Origin: a virus
Lineage: Duplodnaviria; Caudoviricetes
Strand: one strand, 5' to 3'
Virus record (IMG/VR): IMGVR_UViG_3300009320_000019
Span: 1 to 56,623 of that record
Length of the DNA: 56,623 nt
The translations under genes were made by a program, and so were the position numbers. Below the pieces are notes generated by a model. The model did not search any database. It saw only the letters and a list, made by a program, of their open reading frames with translations, and had not been told where the DNA came from. Below are positions 28,460 through 39,242 of this stretch, one piece after another (the stretch's first letter is position 1; every line of letters begins with the position of its first letter).

Positions 28460-28921
28460 ATGGCACAACCAACAACAATCAATAAAGCTACAGCTACAAC
28501 TGATGCATTTAAATATTTCTATTGGGTAGTTTCTGCTATAGAAGACCCTTATTCTGGTACTAGAACCAAATGGTGGTATTCTACTTGGCCAGAAGAAAAA
28601 CTTGATTCAAAAAGTGATTATCCTATTGGGATAATAAGTTCACCATCATTAATTTGGGAAAAATCTACTTTTAGGAAAAAGAAATTAAAAGGAACAATTT
28701 CTTTTGAAATTTATTCAACTAAATCAAGCGAAGCAGACGATCTTACTCAAAAGATAAAAAATGCAATGGCAGACAATAGAAGTTCTGCTTATGCGGTTAA
28801 CATAAGAAATATAAAATTAGACAGCACAAATGTTGATATGGCAGTTCAACATGGAAAAATAAGGTTACATCCAAGGTCGGTAGACTTTAGTTTTGAAATA
28901 GTAGTAACAGGTGATTTATAA
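28460..28921 (+). CDS. Tail terminator-like protein
   Basis: YPIGII...FEIYS; position. Confidence 0.6.
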   Translation: MAQPTTINKATATTDAFKYFYWVVSAIEDPYSGTRTKWWYSTWPEEKLDSKSDYPIGIISSPSLIWEKSTFRKKKLKGTISFEIYSTKSSEADDLTQKIKNAMADNRSSAYAVNIRNIKLDSTNVDMAVQHGKIRLHPRSVDFSFEIVVTGDL

Positions 28922-29406
28922 TGGCAGAATATATATATGTATATGGGCTTAGAGATTTAAAAAGAATAGTTATAAAATTACCAGAAGGATTGAAGTTAGC
29001 ATGTACCAAAGATAGATTAAGATTTTGTGAGAAAGTTAAAAAGGGTGCAATTCATAGATTAAATTCCCAAGGGCATGTTTTTACAACAAATTTAAAAAAT
29101 AGTATATTTATTGAAAGAGTAAGTATGATTTCCCATAAAATTATGATGGGTGCGCCTTGGGCTCCTTTTATTGAGGGGAAAAAAGTAAAACCTCATTTAG
29201 TTTTTCCAGATTATAGTGTAGGTGGGGAATTAGGTGCAGATACAGGACTTAAATTTAGAGATTGGTTAAGTAACAAAGGGTTAGATCCAACCAGGCCTGT
29301 AAGAGTAGGGACAAAAACATATCCTGGATTTTTCTTTCCTGCTTATAAAAAAGAATATAAAAAATTCAAACCCCTTGAAAAATTTAACTTTATAAATATA
29401 AGATAA
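28921..29406 (+). CDS. Tail completion protein (HK97 gp10-like)
   Basis: TTNLKNSI, APWAPFIEG, GTKTYPGFFFPA. Confidence 0.65.
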   Translation: MAEYIYVYGLRDLKRIVIKLPEGLKLACTKDRLRFCEKVKKGAIHRLNSQGHVFTTNLKNSIFIERVSMISHKIMMGAPWAPFIEGKKVKPHLVFPDYSVGGELGADTGLKFRDWLSNKGLDPTRPVRVGTKTYPGFFFPAYKKEYKKFKPLEKFNFINIR

Positions 29407-29423
29407 ATTAGGAGGTATAAAAA

Positions 29424-30035
29424 ATGACTGATTTACCAGAAGAATGGACAGAAGTTGCGTTAGTAGGAATTACTAGACGAGCAGCATCTGCCGAAGACGA
29501 AGTACAATTCGCCTCATTAACAGATTCAATAGAAATCGATTGGGGCGCAAAAGAAATAGAACAGACAGCATTGATAAATGGTGGAAGAGTAACAACTTAT
29601 AAACCAGAGGAACCTTCAGAAATTAAATTAACACTTATTCCAGTAGGAACAATTTCTGAGGATGCATCTAGTAGCCCAACAGGACTTTATGATTGGTTCA
29701 TGGGGGGAACAACTGTTAGTGCAGATACCACTTCTACAATAAATAGTAGAACAAGACATAATTTTAGAGTTACAGTATTATGGTGTACAACTTTACCAAG
29801 TACAGCAAGCGGAGCAACAGCAGATGCTACTAGCGCATTAAGATTGTCTTTTTGGGATTGTAAGTTAACTAAAGTAACTGCAAATTTTTCAGATGATTTA
29901 CTAAAATGTGAAGCAACATTTAAATGTGTGCCTTACAATAAAAGTGCATCTGGATTGATAAAAGCAGACGAAGCAAATAATTCAGCTTTAGCAGCTTTAG
30001 GAGATTATACAGATAGTAGTAACACACCATCTTAA
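29424..30035 (+). CDS. Major tail tube protein
   Basis: Strong SD, 203 aa, S/T-rich beta, precedes chaperones/TMP. Confidence 0.7.
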   Translation: MTDLPEEWTEVALVGITRRAASAEDEVQFASLTDSIEIDWGAKEIEQTALINGGRVTTYKPEEPSEIKLTLIPVGTISEDASSSPTGLYDWFMGGTTVSADTTSTINSRTRHNFRVTVLWCTTLPSTASGATADATSALRLSFWDCKLTKVTANFSDDLLKCEATFKCVPYNKSASGLIKADEANNSALAALGDYTDSSNTPS

Positions 30036-30045
30036 AGAGGTTAAA

Positions 30046-30351
30046 ATGGAAGGAATAGAAAAAATCAAAGAGAAAGTATACAAGCATCCAGAATCGTCAA
30101 CTGTTCACATAGCGCGAGTTCCAAATAAAACTAAAGATGTTTTTATTAAATTCGCAAATGAAGAATACGTGGGCGATTATGGTATGGCTTTAAAATATTT
30201 AGTAGATAATGTTTTAATAATTCCAGATAAATTTGAAGGAATATTAAAAGTTATGTATGAATTAGAACAAAGAGTTGAAAAATTAGAAAATAAAAAAACC
30301 AAATCTAATAAAAGAAAAAGATTAGATGGTTCAGGAGGAAAAGAAAAATGA
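30046..30351 (+). CDS. hypothetical protein, RHH-like with coiled coil
   Basis: beta-helix-helix-like N-terminus, heptads. Confidence 0.6.
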   Translation: MEGIEKIKEKVYKHPESSTVHIARVPNKTKDVFIKFANEEYVGDYGMALKYLVDNVLIIPDKFEGILKVMYELEQRVEKLENKKTKSNKRKRLDGSGGKEK

Positions 30352-30740
30352 AAGCAGAATTAGAAAAATTTAAAAGACATATTAGAAAGGCAATCCCATT
30401 CAAGTTTAAAAATGAAAAAGGAGAAGAAGATACTTTTTATTTTAAACCATTAACAATGGAACAGTTAATGACATTTACTTTATTGTCTGAAAAAGTAGAT
30501 CCAAATACGCAAATGCCAAACTGGGATAAAGAAGATTTAAAAGAACTTGCAAATGTTTTAGTTGGGGTAGTTAAAGAATCTTATCCAGATTTAGAAGATG
30601 ATATTGCAAATGATTTTGTAGCAAATCATTTTACAGAAATGATGGAAATGATACAAAAACTTATGCCTAAAAATGCAGAGATTGATACAAATAAATTAAA
30701 AGAATTTAAACAAAAGTATCAAAATGAGAATAAAGGATAA
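30348..30740 (+). CDS. Tail assembly chaperone
   Basis: FKPLT motif; between tube and TMP. Confidence 0.65.
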   Translation: MKAELEKFKRHIRKAIPFKFKNEKGEEDTFYFKPLTMEQLMTFTLLSEKVDPNTQMPNWDKEDLKELANVLVGVVKESYPDLEDDIANDFVANHFTEMMEMIQKLMPKNAEIDTNKLKEFKQKYQNENKG

Positions 30741-30942
30741 AATATTCTCTAAGATAGAAAAAAAGTGGCCCAAGGGGTTAGAGATAGCATTAATACATCA
30801 TATTTTGATGTTAAAGTATGGATGGATACCTTTAGAGGAATTCTTAAAATTGCCCTCTGGGTTTGTATTTAATATGTTAAAATTGATAGAAGAGGACTCT
30901 AAGAAAGAGGAAAAAGAATATAAAAAAATTAAACGAAGATAA
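30724..30942 (+). CDS. Second tail chaperone-like protein
   Basis: YGWIPLEEFLKLP; directly before TMP. Confidence 0.6.
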   Translation: MRIKDKIFSKIEKKWPKGLEIALIHHILMLKYGWIPLEEFLKLPSGFVFNMLKLIEEDSKKEEKEYKKIKRR

Positions 30943-32249
30943 TGGATATTAAAAAACTTATTGTAATTATAGAAACTAAATTGAAGCAACGAGGTAAACT
31001 TAAACGGTTTGGTGTGGATGTTGATAAGGTGCGTGGTGCCTTGAAGGGAGCAGGATTAAATGCAAAAACATTTTTTACTGCCGCAGGTAAGCGTACACAA
31101 TTAGGAAAGGCAGCACAAGAGGCAGGATATAATTTAACTACTTTATCTCATAAACTGGGGGAGTTGGGTGCTAAATCTATTAAAGTAACCACTAGAGGGA
31201 TGGGCGAAATGGGCGATGTGGTTACTAAAGGTGGCCATAAGTTTAATATATTTAAAAATATAATAACTAATACAGGTGAGTCATTAGAACTTTATTCAAA
31301 AAAATTTGGGGGGGCAATGTCTAAGTTAGAGGCTTTAAGTGATGGGGATGATAGTCTTCAAGAAGTGCAAAAAAATACTAAAAGTTATGGGGAGGCTGCT
31401 ATAAAGGGTGGAAAAAAGACTAGATGGTTTAGGGGTGAAATGCTTGGTTTAATGTTTATGACTAGAGCATTATCTATGAGATTTGGTGGTTTAGTAAAAG
31501 CCCAGATGAAACTTTTCGGGGTTACAGGTATGTTATCTGCAATGTGGACCTCTGTTTTTGCACCATTAATGGCATATTTAGTTCCAATAATTGCAGATTT
31601 AATTTCATCGTTTATTGATTTACCGGGCCCTATTAAAGGAATAATTTCAGTTTTTATTGTTTTAGCGTGGGCATTTTTAAGTCTTCTTGTTATTATAACT
31701 ATGTTTAAAATAAGTGGATTAGCAGCGATAAAAGCTGCATTTCTGGAATCAATGTTACCTGCACTTGCTTGGTTGGGAGTAATTTTATTAGCAGTTGGGG
31801 CAGTATGGTTATTTTATAAAGCATTCAAGGCATTCCAAGATGGAGATATTATAAGGAGTATTATTTATGGATTAATGGGTATAGCCGCTGCATTTTTAGT
31901 AGTGGCCGCTGCCGTAGCTTTAGCAACTGGTGGTGCAAATATTATTGGTGGATTAACAGCGATAGGAATAGCTGGAGGGGCACTTTTGGTAGGGGCAGGA
32001 GTGCTAGGGGCAATGAAGATGGGGGGGAAAAAAGATGATTTTATTTGGCGAAGCGGTCAAGGTGCAGTAAGTATTAGTCCAGATGATGATATAATTGGAA
32101 CTAAAGAAGGACTTGGTGGAGCAGGTGGAACTATTAATTTAAATGTAGATCTCCATGGTGGTGCTTTTATGGATGAAAGTAGTATAGATTTATTAGCAGA
32201 AAAAATCAAAGGTCATTTAATTGGTGATCTAAGGAGGTTAGGATTATGA
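30942..32249 (+). CDS. Tape measure protein (short, TM-rich)
   Basis: Ala/Gly helical, hydrophobic segments, DFIWR...SPDD.IIGTK C-terminus. Confidence 0.75.
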   Translation: MDIKKLIVIIETKLKQRGKLKRFGVDVDKVRGALKGAGLNAKTFFTAAGKRTQLGKAAQEAGYNLTTLSHKLGELGAKSIKVTTRGMGEMGDVVTKGGHKFNIFKNIITNTGESLELYSKKFGGAMSKLEALSDGDDSLQEVQKNTKSYGEAAIKGGKKTRWFRGEMLGLMFMTRALSMRFGGLVKAQMKLFGVTGMLSAMWTSVFAPLMAYLVPIIADLISSFIDLPGPIKGIISVFIVLAWAFLSLLVIITMFKISGLAAIKAAFLESMLPALAWLGVILLAVGAVWLFYKAFKAFQDGDIIRSIIYGLMGIAAAFLVVAAAVALATGGANIIGGLTAIGIAGGALLVGAGVLGAMKMGGKKDDFIWRSGQGAVSISPDDDIIGTKEGLGGAGGTINLNVDLHGGAFMDESSIDLLAEKIKGHLIGDLRRLGL

Positions 32250-32713
32250 CAATAGTAGTTTTAAATAATGATTATTATTATGTAAGAGTTTGGACAAAAG
32301 ATGTAAAAGAAATATTAAAAAATAGTGTTCCAACTAAGTATGATAATCCAATAGTGTCTGGTGGTGGAGCTGAAGACCCTACAGAGCCAGATAAAAAAAT
32401 TATGGATATGAAATCTTTTACTTGGACCTATACAATAATCGGCAAAATAGATATAGATTCAAAATGGGTAAATAATACAACTTCTGGAAGTTCACTTTCT
32501 GATGCAAAAGAAGTAAAGGATAATTTAAAAAAAATAGCTTACACAGGTGGGGTAGTAAATCTTTATTATGAGATGACTGAAGTTACAGGAATAATAACTG
32601 ATTTACAAATAGCCGAAATATCTAGAGATAGTTCTGGCCCAGCATTGAATGATTACCCAACAGAATATGATGTTAAAATAGTATTTATGAAAGCAAGTAA
32701 TATGAATGATTAG
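32246..32713 (+). CDS. Distal tail-like protein
   Basis: Position after TMP, 155 aa. Confidence 0.55.
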   Translation: MTIVVLNNDYYYVRVWTKDVKEILKNSVPTKYDNPIVSGGGAEDPTEPDKKIMDMKSFTWTYTIIGKIDIDSKWVNNTTSGSSLSDAKEVKDNLKKIAYTGGVVNLYYEMTEVTGIITDLQIAEISRDSSGPALNDYPTEYDVKIVFMKASNMND

Positions 32714-32718
32714 AAAAA

Positions 32719-35511
32719 ATGACATTAGGAACAGATGGGAAATATAAATTTTATATTGTAAAGAGAGATGATGAGCCTGCAGAAGATGAAAATGTCTTTG
32801 AGGATTATACTACTCATGTTCTTAGTTGGAATTTCGATATTGGTTTAAATAAATTAACTAATTTTTCTTCTATTTTTATAGATATAGATTATGGGGATGA
32901 ATATTTAAGTGAAGGTAATTTTATTTATGGATTTTCTGGAACTAATTTAATTGAAAAAATAGAAATAACTTCTGTAGATTTTCATACTTATAGAAGATAT
33001 AAAGTAACTGGAGTTAGGTCTACTGGTGTAATAGAAAGTAACAAAATGGACTTACAAAGTTCAATTACTCCATCTAGAACTTATAAAAATGAAAATCCCT
33101 CAACTATTTTTGAAAATTCTAGTTGTGGTATTTTATATAGTGATGCTGGGAATAAGATAATTGAGGGGGATTTATCTGATTTGTCAAATTTAGACCATAA
33201 TATAAAAATAGATAAAGATATAAGAATTCGAGCAATAACTCACGCAACACAAGTAATGGGGGCAGAATGGACTCTTTCTCAATATAGTACAGGCGGGGAT
33301 ATTTGTGTAGATTGTATTTGTATAGCAGATAGAATTGGAAGTTCTTCTTCACAACACACTTTTTATTTCGCAGGGGATAATATGAATATTTATCCTTCAA
33401 CTTCTAAAAAAGATTCTACTTTAATGGGAAATCATGTTATGATAAGTGGGTCAGGACTTGGAGGAAACGAAATAAAATCAGAAATGCATAATTCTTCTTG
33501 TGATATTACATACACTGATGGGTGTTTTGATACTTGGTTAGACGAAGATATAACTGCAGAATTATATAAAATAAGTATAAATGCTTCTGTAGGTACGTGG
33601 GAGGCAGGAGATACTCTTTATGGTTCAACTACTAAACTAAAAGCAACTATAGCTAAGGTATATGATGGATCTACTTTTGGTATAGCATCTCCTTGTTCAC
33701 AAACATATACGGCAACTAAAATTTTTGGACCAGAATATGTTTATAATTTAACAAAAGATAGTAGTACTTATTATACTATAACTGGGTTTGCAGCGCCTTG
33801 TTTTAAAACAAAGGGGGGCAATTCTGAAATTGCCAGACCTTATACATGTATTAAATTAGGTACTGAATGTATAATTGGTTGTTTTGATGGAGATTGTTTT
33901 GTTCCTCAAGTAAATTGTGGGTTTAATGGAACAGTTACTTCTGGTGCTACAAATATTTTGTGTGATCAATTAGGTAATTTTATTACTAATAAAGGGATAA
34001 AGGTATATGAAGCAGGAGTTACCACAGCATTAGTTACTAATATGGATACATCTGCAACTGCCCATATTTTGGATGTAATTTGTGAATCTAAATTGACATT
34101 AGATGCAAATATTTTTCCATCTGCTGGAGATGAATATTGTATTTGGCAAGAATTTTTAGGAAGGCCTGCAAATGAGGCCACAACTCATAAAAAAGGGGAA
34201 GATATTTCTTATATTGAAGATGTTTGGTATGAAATGGCTAATTGGTCTGGAAATCATGATGGTTCTACTTATTCTGGCCCACAATATCTTTGTATTAATA
34301 CTGATTCTACTTCTGGATTTGGTGAGGGAGATACCAATGAAAAATATTCTATTTATGTGGGTTCAGAAGAAATAGGTTATTGTGATAGATTAAGTAGTGG
34401 ATTTGTGATATGTAATAGAAATTTTGATGAAGCTTATGCACATGGAGATTGTATTAGAATTTCTCAAGCGAATTGTAATTCAACTTCTGCTTTTAGACCT
34501 GCTAATCCACAACCAGGGTCTTGTATTGCTACTTATGGAGTTAAAGCAGTTTCAGTTAGTGATAATTTTGCACAAAATAGAGATTCTTTAGATAAAAAAG
34601 CCCAAGCATTGATAGGTGCAAGAGGTGGAGATTATTTTAAAGTTAGTGAAGTTAAAGTTGATTGCCCTTTTGATTTTTGGGATGATGTTAATTTAGGGGA
34701 TGCTGTTTGTGTATGCTGTGGCGCGAGTTTACAAACTCCTGAAGAATGTTATAGGGTAACTGGATTTAAATATTCTTTTGATACTAGAAGCCCGCCATAT
34801 TTAAAAGTTTATTTAAATGATAAAGATACCAGAACTTGGCCTGCAGGCTCTAATGATTTTGTTGATGACTATACTGAACAAACAAGCAAAGAAAGAAACC
34901 AGCCATTAAAAAATGTGGAAGACGAAAGAGTTTTAGATTCTTTAAAAGAATTTTCGGTGGGTGGAAAAGAAATAACGGGAGTTAAAGATCCAGTAAGTCC
35001 AGATTCTGCAGTTACTAAACAATGGGTAGAATCAAATTTTACCTCTAGTGGGGGGGGTTCTGGAACAAATCTATGGGGAAATGGTGATGATCCTTATATT
35101 TATCCTTTAAATTCATGTGCAATTTGTATAAGTAATTGCATTGTTCCTGCAGTAGATGGGAGTTATAGCCTTGGTGGTACTGGCCTTTGGTGGGGTTCTA
35201 TTTCTGGACAAAAAATGGAATCCAATTATAGTTGGGTAGGAACAACTGGGGGAACAGAAACAGGAACAATTTATGCTCAAAAATATTGTGTAAATAGTCA
35301 ATATGCATTACCCAATACAGATGGCACAGAAGGACAAATAATGTGTACAGATGGGGCTGGAAATGTAACTTGGGTAAGTGAAGCAGGGGGATTATGGGAA
35401 AGCCCAGGGGGGAGTGTAATTTGTCCTATTGGAAGCGAAATTTATGTGTGTGCATATTCAGTAGAAATATCTGATTGTTTTAAATTACCAGTAGGAAATG
35501 ATATGTATTAG
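32719..35511 (+). CDS. Tail tip/hub protein with Cys-rich insertions
   Basis: Hub-like N-terminus, LGDAV OB-like part, ITGVKDPVSPDSAVTKQWV fibre motif; about 35 Cys. Confidence 0.7.
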   Translation: MTLGTDGKYKFYIVKRDDEPAEDENVFEDYTTHVLSWNFDIGLNKLTNFSSIFIDIDYGDEYLSEGNFIYGFSGTNLIEKIEITSVDFHTYRRYKVTGVRSTGVIESNKMDLQSSITPSRTYKNENPSTIFENSSCGILYSDAGNKIIEGDLSDLSNLDHNIKIDKDIRIRAITHATQVMGAEWTLSQYSTGGDICVDCICIADRIGSSSSQHTFYFAGDNMNIYPSTSKKDSTLMGNHVMISGSGLGGNEIKSEMHNSSCDITYTDGCFDTWLDEDITAELYKISINASVGTWEAGDTLYGSTTKLKATIAKVYDGSTFGIASPCSQTYTATKIFGPEYVYNLTKDSSTYYTITGFAAPCFKTKGGNSEIARPYTCIKLGTECIIGCFDGDCFVPQVNCGFNGTVTSGATNILCDQLGNFITNKGIKVYEAGVTTALVTNMDTSATAHILDVICESKLTLDANIFPSAGDEYCIWQEFLGRPANEATTHKKGEDISYIEDVWYEMANWSGNHDGSTYSGPQYLCINTDSTSGFGEGDTNEKYSIYVGSEEIGYCDRLSSGFVICNRNFDEAYAHGDCIRISQANCNSTSAFRPANPQPGSCIATYGVKAVSVSDNFAQNRDSLDKKAQALIGARGGDYFKVSEVKVDCPFDFWDDVNLGDAVCVCCGASLQTPEECYRVTGFKYSFDTRSPPYLKVYLNDKDTRTWPAGSNDFVDDYTEQTSKERNQPLKNVEDERVLDSLKEFSVGGKEITGVKDPVSPDSAVTKQWVESNFTSSGGGSGTNLWGNGDDPYIYPLNSCAICISNCIVPAVDGSYSLGGTGLWWGSISGQKMESNYSWVGTTGGTETGTIYAQKYCVNSQYALPNTDGTEGQIMCTDGAGNVTWVSEAGGLWESPGGSVICPIGSEIYVCAYSVEISDCFKLPVGNDMY

Positions 35512-35525
35512 AGGAATAGAAAAAA

Positions 35526-38500
35526 ATGCCGACACAAAGTAGAACTTCGGAAAATACTCAATCAGATCAATCCCCTACAATAAACGGATGGTCCTGGTCA
35601 TCTAATTCTAATTATTTTCTAGCATCTCAAAGTTGGGATGGTGATACTTCTTATGTAGAAAGTGGATATGTAAGAATTTGGGATTGGGGATTTAATATCC
35701 CGGAGGGGGTAAGGATAGATGATATTTTTATAAATAATAATGTAATGGGACATTGTAGCCCTTTTGATCCTTTGAATCCTTATGGAGATACTGAACTTTG
35801 TGATTATAGGATAAGATTATATTTTAAAGGTGATGGTTGTTCTAGTTATACTTATATTGGGGGTACTTATATAGAATATCCTTCAAACACAAATAGAACT
35901 TGGATGAGAAATTGGGGGGATTATTGTACCATTGATGAAATAAATTGTGAATGTTGGGGAATAGCAATTAGTGTTGAAGGAAAATTGACTGATTCTTCAC
36001 ATGCTAATCATGTTTATTTTTGTAGATCATCAAAGTTAAAAGTGAATGTAGTTTATACGGAAACTGGCGTAGAAACTTGGGATTTACATGATTTTAATTC
36101 TAATGGACACAGTATTTGTAGTGGAGTTTGTGAAATTATTGCAGATGATATAGATGCTAAAGGAATTGTTTGGTGTGAATATCCAGACGTTCCTTATCGT
36201 AGTTCTTATATGGGCAGAGATTGTGATACAACTGGAAATCAAGGTAATCAAGAATATGGGGCCACAAATTTGTCTTGTGATAATGATTTTTATGGGGAAT
36301 TGGATGTCACAAAATGTTACAGAATCAGGGCATTTATATGTGATTCTGGAAATGATACTTGGTATGGTACTCTTAGGGATGCGTGGACTTGTGGTCCAAG
36401 GGCAGATACTGTAGATTTATATGCCCCTACAACAAGTTCTTTATGGTCAGGTGTTTGTAATGTTGATGAAGGGTCCCCTAGCACAATAGATAAAAGGGGA
36501 GTAGTATTATGTAGAAATGATGGTTCTGATCCCCCTACACCAAATTGTTACGAATGGAAAGTTGAAGAAAGTACCACATCTACTTCTGATTGGGAGACAG
36601 AAATTACTGGACTGCCTGCAGGTACCGAATTTCAAGTAAGGGGGTATGTATGTAGGAGTGGATATCAGTATGGCTTTGGGGATGTTCAAATTGGTTCAAC
36701 TACTTCTACTGCAATAAGTATTACTACTTGTGAACCTGATCAAGCATATTATACTTATTTTAGGGGTGGTGGAAAAGATATTACTGGAACAATCACAAGG
36801 AAAGGATTTTATGTTGCAGATTATGATAAGGATCCAATAAATTATCCAATTGGGTGTGTATACGTGGATACTAGTGACATTAGTAATTTTCATTATTATT
36901 TTACACAAGTACATGGAAATATAGTTCCGGGTGGCCATTATAATGTCCGGGCATTTGCTTGTAATTATGGTATTTCTGTAGGTTGGGGGGCAATAGAGGA
37001 TGTTACCCTTTCTGAAATAACTGCAGAAACCTGTGATGCTACAAATATTGGGGAGACAACAGTAACTGTGGGAGTTAGAGATATTACAACAGCTTGTGGG
37101 GCAATAGATAAAAAAGGAGTAGTATTTTGTTTGTATCCTTTTACCCCATCGTTAACTAACAATATTAAACATGAATATGAAGATACTTCAAGTACTGCAA
37201 ATAAATCTTGGAATTCAACAGGATTAGGATTTGCAACTCAATATAATATTAGGGCGTATGCTTGTATGTCTGGTGGAGATCATGATATAGATTATGGAGA
37301 TACTTGTACTTTTACAACTAATCCTCTGCCTTTTGAGGTTACAACTAGAATTCCAGATCAAAGATGGTTTACTAGTATAAGGGGGGGTGGGATTGATATT
37401 AGTGGAGGAGGTTCTTCTACTTTAGATGAAAAAGGAGTTTTATTTAAAGAAGGAGAAACAACTCCTACATATACAGATTATGATTTTAGGAATTGTATAG
37501 AAGATGGAGATTTAACAGATTATCATATTACTACTGCATTTCTAAGCCCAGAAACTGTGTATTCTATTAGGGCATATATTTGTGACAATAGTATAGTAGC
37601 ATATGGGAATACAGGATTATATATTTCAGGAGGGATCTGTGCAGATACTGTTGATCCTTTTTCTGTTGAAATGACTAAAGCATGTGCAGGTGTTGAAAAT
37701 ATTGGAACAAATGTATATCTTCCTGATAGTGCTATTAGTGATAAAGGAGTTTTATTGTGTTTAAATGACGGTTCGAATGCGCCAACTTTAGAACCTGGTG
37801 GATATGCAGATATAGAACATCATGCTACAAATAATAGGGATGATGAATGTTGGCAATTTACAGGTTTAACTCCAGAAACTTCATATCAAGTTAGATCTTA
37901 TGTTTGTAAAGATGGTATAATGATAGATTATGGAGATACTTGTACTTTTACAACTCTTGCAGCTACATTTACTATATATACTGGATGGGGAATGTGTAGA
38001 AATGTAGGGGGTAATTTTGAAAAATATCAGGTATGTGGACATGGTTCTTATCCACCCCTTTGTAATGCTTCAAATAATTGGGGACAATATACTGGTGCGG
38101 ATACAGATTATGGAATTTATATTTCAGATGATGCTTTTACTTTGACTTCTGCATTTCAGGCAGGGCACGAAGCTGTAATGACAATGATTCATTATGAGGG
38201 GTGGGAAGGCTGGCATGCAAATATTCAATGGTGCAACCCAGACGGAGATTTAATTCAAGAAAAAACAATAGAAACTATATCTGATGATACTTGGGAATTT
38301 GATTATTTAGGTATTTATCCAGGCAAAATTGATATGAACGGAACATATACTATAAACGCATTTGCAATACAAGCAGGATGTACCCCATCTATGGGGACTA
38401 AGACTTTTACTGTTTCAAATGTTCCTACTATTACTCAGTTGACTTCTGATAAACGAGGGTATATATGGGTTACTGGAGATTATTTAGCTTTTGTGGATGC

Positions 38501-38834
38501 AAATTGTGTAGTCCATTGTATTTGTGGGGGTAATCAAGGAGGTTATATAGACACATCTAAAGCAGGGACTATTTGGGTAGAAGAATCTGAGGGTTATTTA
38601 AGTTGTTCATTACAATATATTACTGAATCTGGGTATCATTATAAAACATTAAATGGAGATTGTAATGGGTGGGAAGGATGGAATAACATGCCAGAATGGA
38701 CATATTCTGATTGTAAGGGATTTACATGGGTTGAAACAGAATGTAATAAACATAATTTATTTTTTATAAATAGTCAAGGTAAAAAATTTAGATTATCAAA
38801 TGGTGCGGGGCCATTAGGTTCAGATGAATATTAA
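35526..38834 (+). CDS. Large Cys-rich FN3-repeat tail/adhesin protein
   Basis: Six (D/R)KG...Y-x-(I/V)R-x-(Y/F)-x-C...(Y/W/F)G repeats; about 47 Cys in 1102 aa. Confidence 0.75.
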   Translation: MPTQSRTSENTQSDQSPTINGWSWSSNSNYFLASQSWDGDTSYVESGYVRIWDWGFNIPEGVRIDDIFINNNVMGHCSPFDPLNPYGDTELCDYRIRLYFKGDGCSSYTYIGGTYIEYPSNTNRTWMRNWGDYCTIDEINCECWGIAISVEGKLTDSSHANHVYFCRSSKLKVNVVYTETGVETWDLHDFNSNGHSICSGVCEIIADDIDAKGIVWCEYPDVPYRSSYMGRDCDTTGNQGNQEYGATNLSCDNDFYGELDVTKCYRIRAFICDSGNDTWYGTLRDAWTCGPRADTVDLYAPTTSSLWSGVCNVDEGSPSTIDKRGVVLCRNDGSDPPTPNCYEWKVEESTTSTSDWETEITGLPAGTEFQVRGYVCRSGYQYGFGDVQIGSTTSTAISITTCEPDQAYYTYFRGGGKDITGTITRKGFYVADYDKDPINYPIGCVYVDTSDISNFHYYFTQVHGNIVPGGHYNVRAFACNYGISVGWGAIEDVTLSEITAETCDATNIGETTVTVGVRDITTACGAIDKKGVVFCLYPFTPSLTNNIKHEYEDTSSTANKSWNSTGLGFATQYNIRAYACMSGGDHDIDYGDTCTFTTNPLPFEVTTRIPDQRWFTSIRGGGIDISGGGSSTLDEKGVLFKEGETTPTYTDYDFRNCIEDGDLTDYHITTAFLSPETVYSIRAYICDNSIVAYGNTGLYISGGICADTVDPFSVEMTKACAGVENIGTNVYLPDSAISDKGVLLCLNDGSNAPTLEPGGYADIEHHATNNRDDECWQFTGLTPETSYQVRSYVCKDGIMIDYGDTCTFTTLAATFTIYTGWGMCRNVGGNFEKYQVCGHGSYPPLCNASNNWGQYTGADTDYGIYISDDAFTLTSAFQAGHEAVMTMIHYEGWEGWHANIQWCNPDGDLIQEKTIETISDDTWEFDYLGIYPGKIDMNGTYTINAFAIQAGCTPSMGTKTFTVSNVPTITQLTSDKRGYIWVTGDYLAFVDANCVVHCICGGNQGGYIDTSKAGTIWVEESEGYLSCSLQYITESGYHYKTLNGDCNGWEGWNNMPEWTYSDCKGFTWVETECNKHNLFFINSQGKKFRLSNGAGPLGSDEY

Positions 38835-39201
38835 AATAAATTCGGTTATTTATATCCGAAATCCGGAAATTGAAAGAATAAAGGCTATAGAAAGACATTT
38901 ATATGTTTTAAGGAAAGAGGCTAAGGAATTTTATAAAAATGGGAATCAAGAAACTGCTTTAAAATTTTTAAAATATATTTATAAAAATGTTAAGGAAAGT
39001 ATAATAGATAATGCTTTTAAAAATGATGTGTTAAGAAATCAAATGTTTGAAGGAACTGATAATTTTCCTAGAATTCCAGTTAAAAAAGATAATTCTATAA
39101 AATCTAAAATTTATTTAAAAGATTATTATGAGGAATTCGAATTTAAATTTCCTGATGGGAGAATCGAAAAAATGAAGAGGGCATATATAGCAGATGAATA
39201 G
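38824..39201 (+). CDS. hypothetical protein
   Basis: 125-aa ORF overlapping previous stop. Confidence 0.6.
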   Translation: MNIKINSVIYIRNPEIERIKAIERHLYVLRKEAKEFYKNGNQETALKFLKYIYKNVKESIIDNAFKNDVLRNQMFEGTDNFPRIPVKKDNSIKSKIYLKDYYEEFEFKFPDGRIEKMKRAYIADE

Positions 39202-39242
39202 AAAAGTTTAATAACTATCCTAACTTATAAATATTAAAACAG

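Noticed and set aside
30348-30942. Canonical -1 tail chaperone frameshift
   Set aside because: Second ORF is in the +1 frame and has its own ATG; no convincing evidence of recoding
21016-38834. TGT codon reassignment explaining the Cys excess
   Set aside because: Conserved metal-ligand Cys in the Cas4-like and MCM genes also use TGT; the excess is gene-specific
23157-38834. Diversity-generating retroelement
   Set aside because: No reverse transcriptase; repeats are short and lack A-specific mismatches
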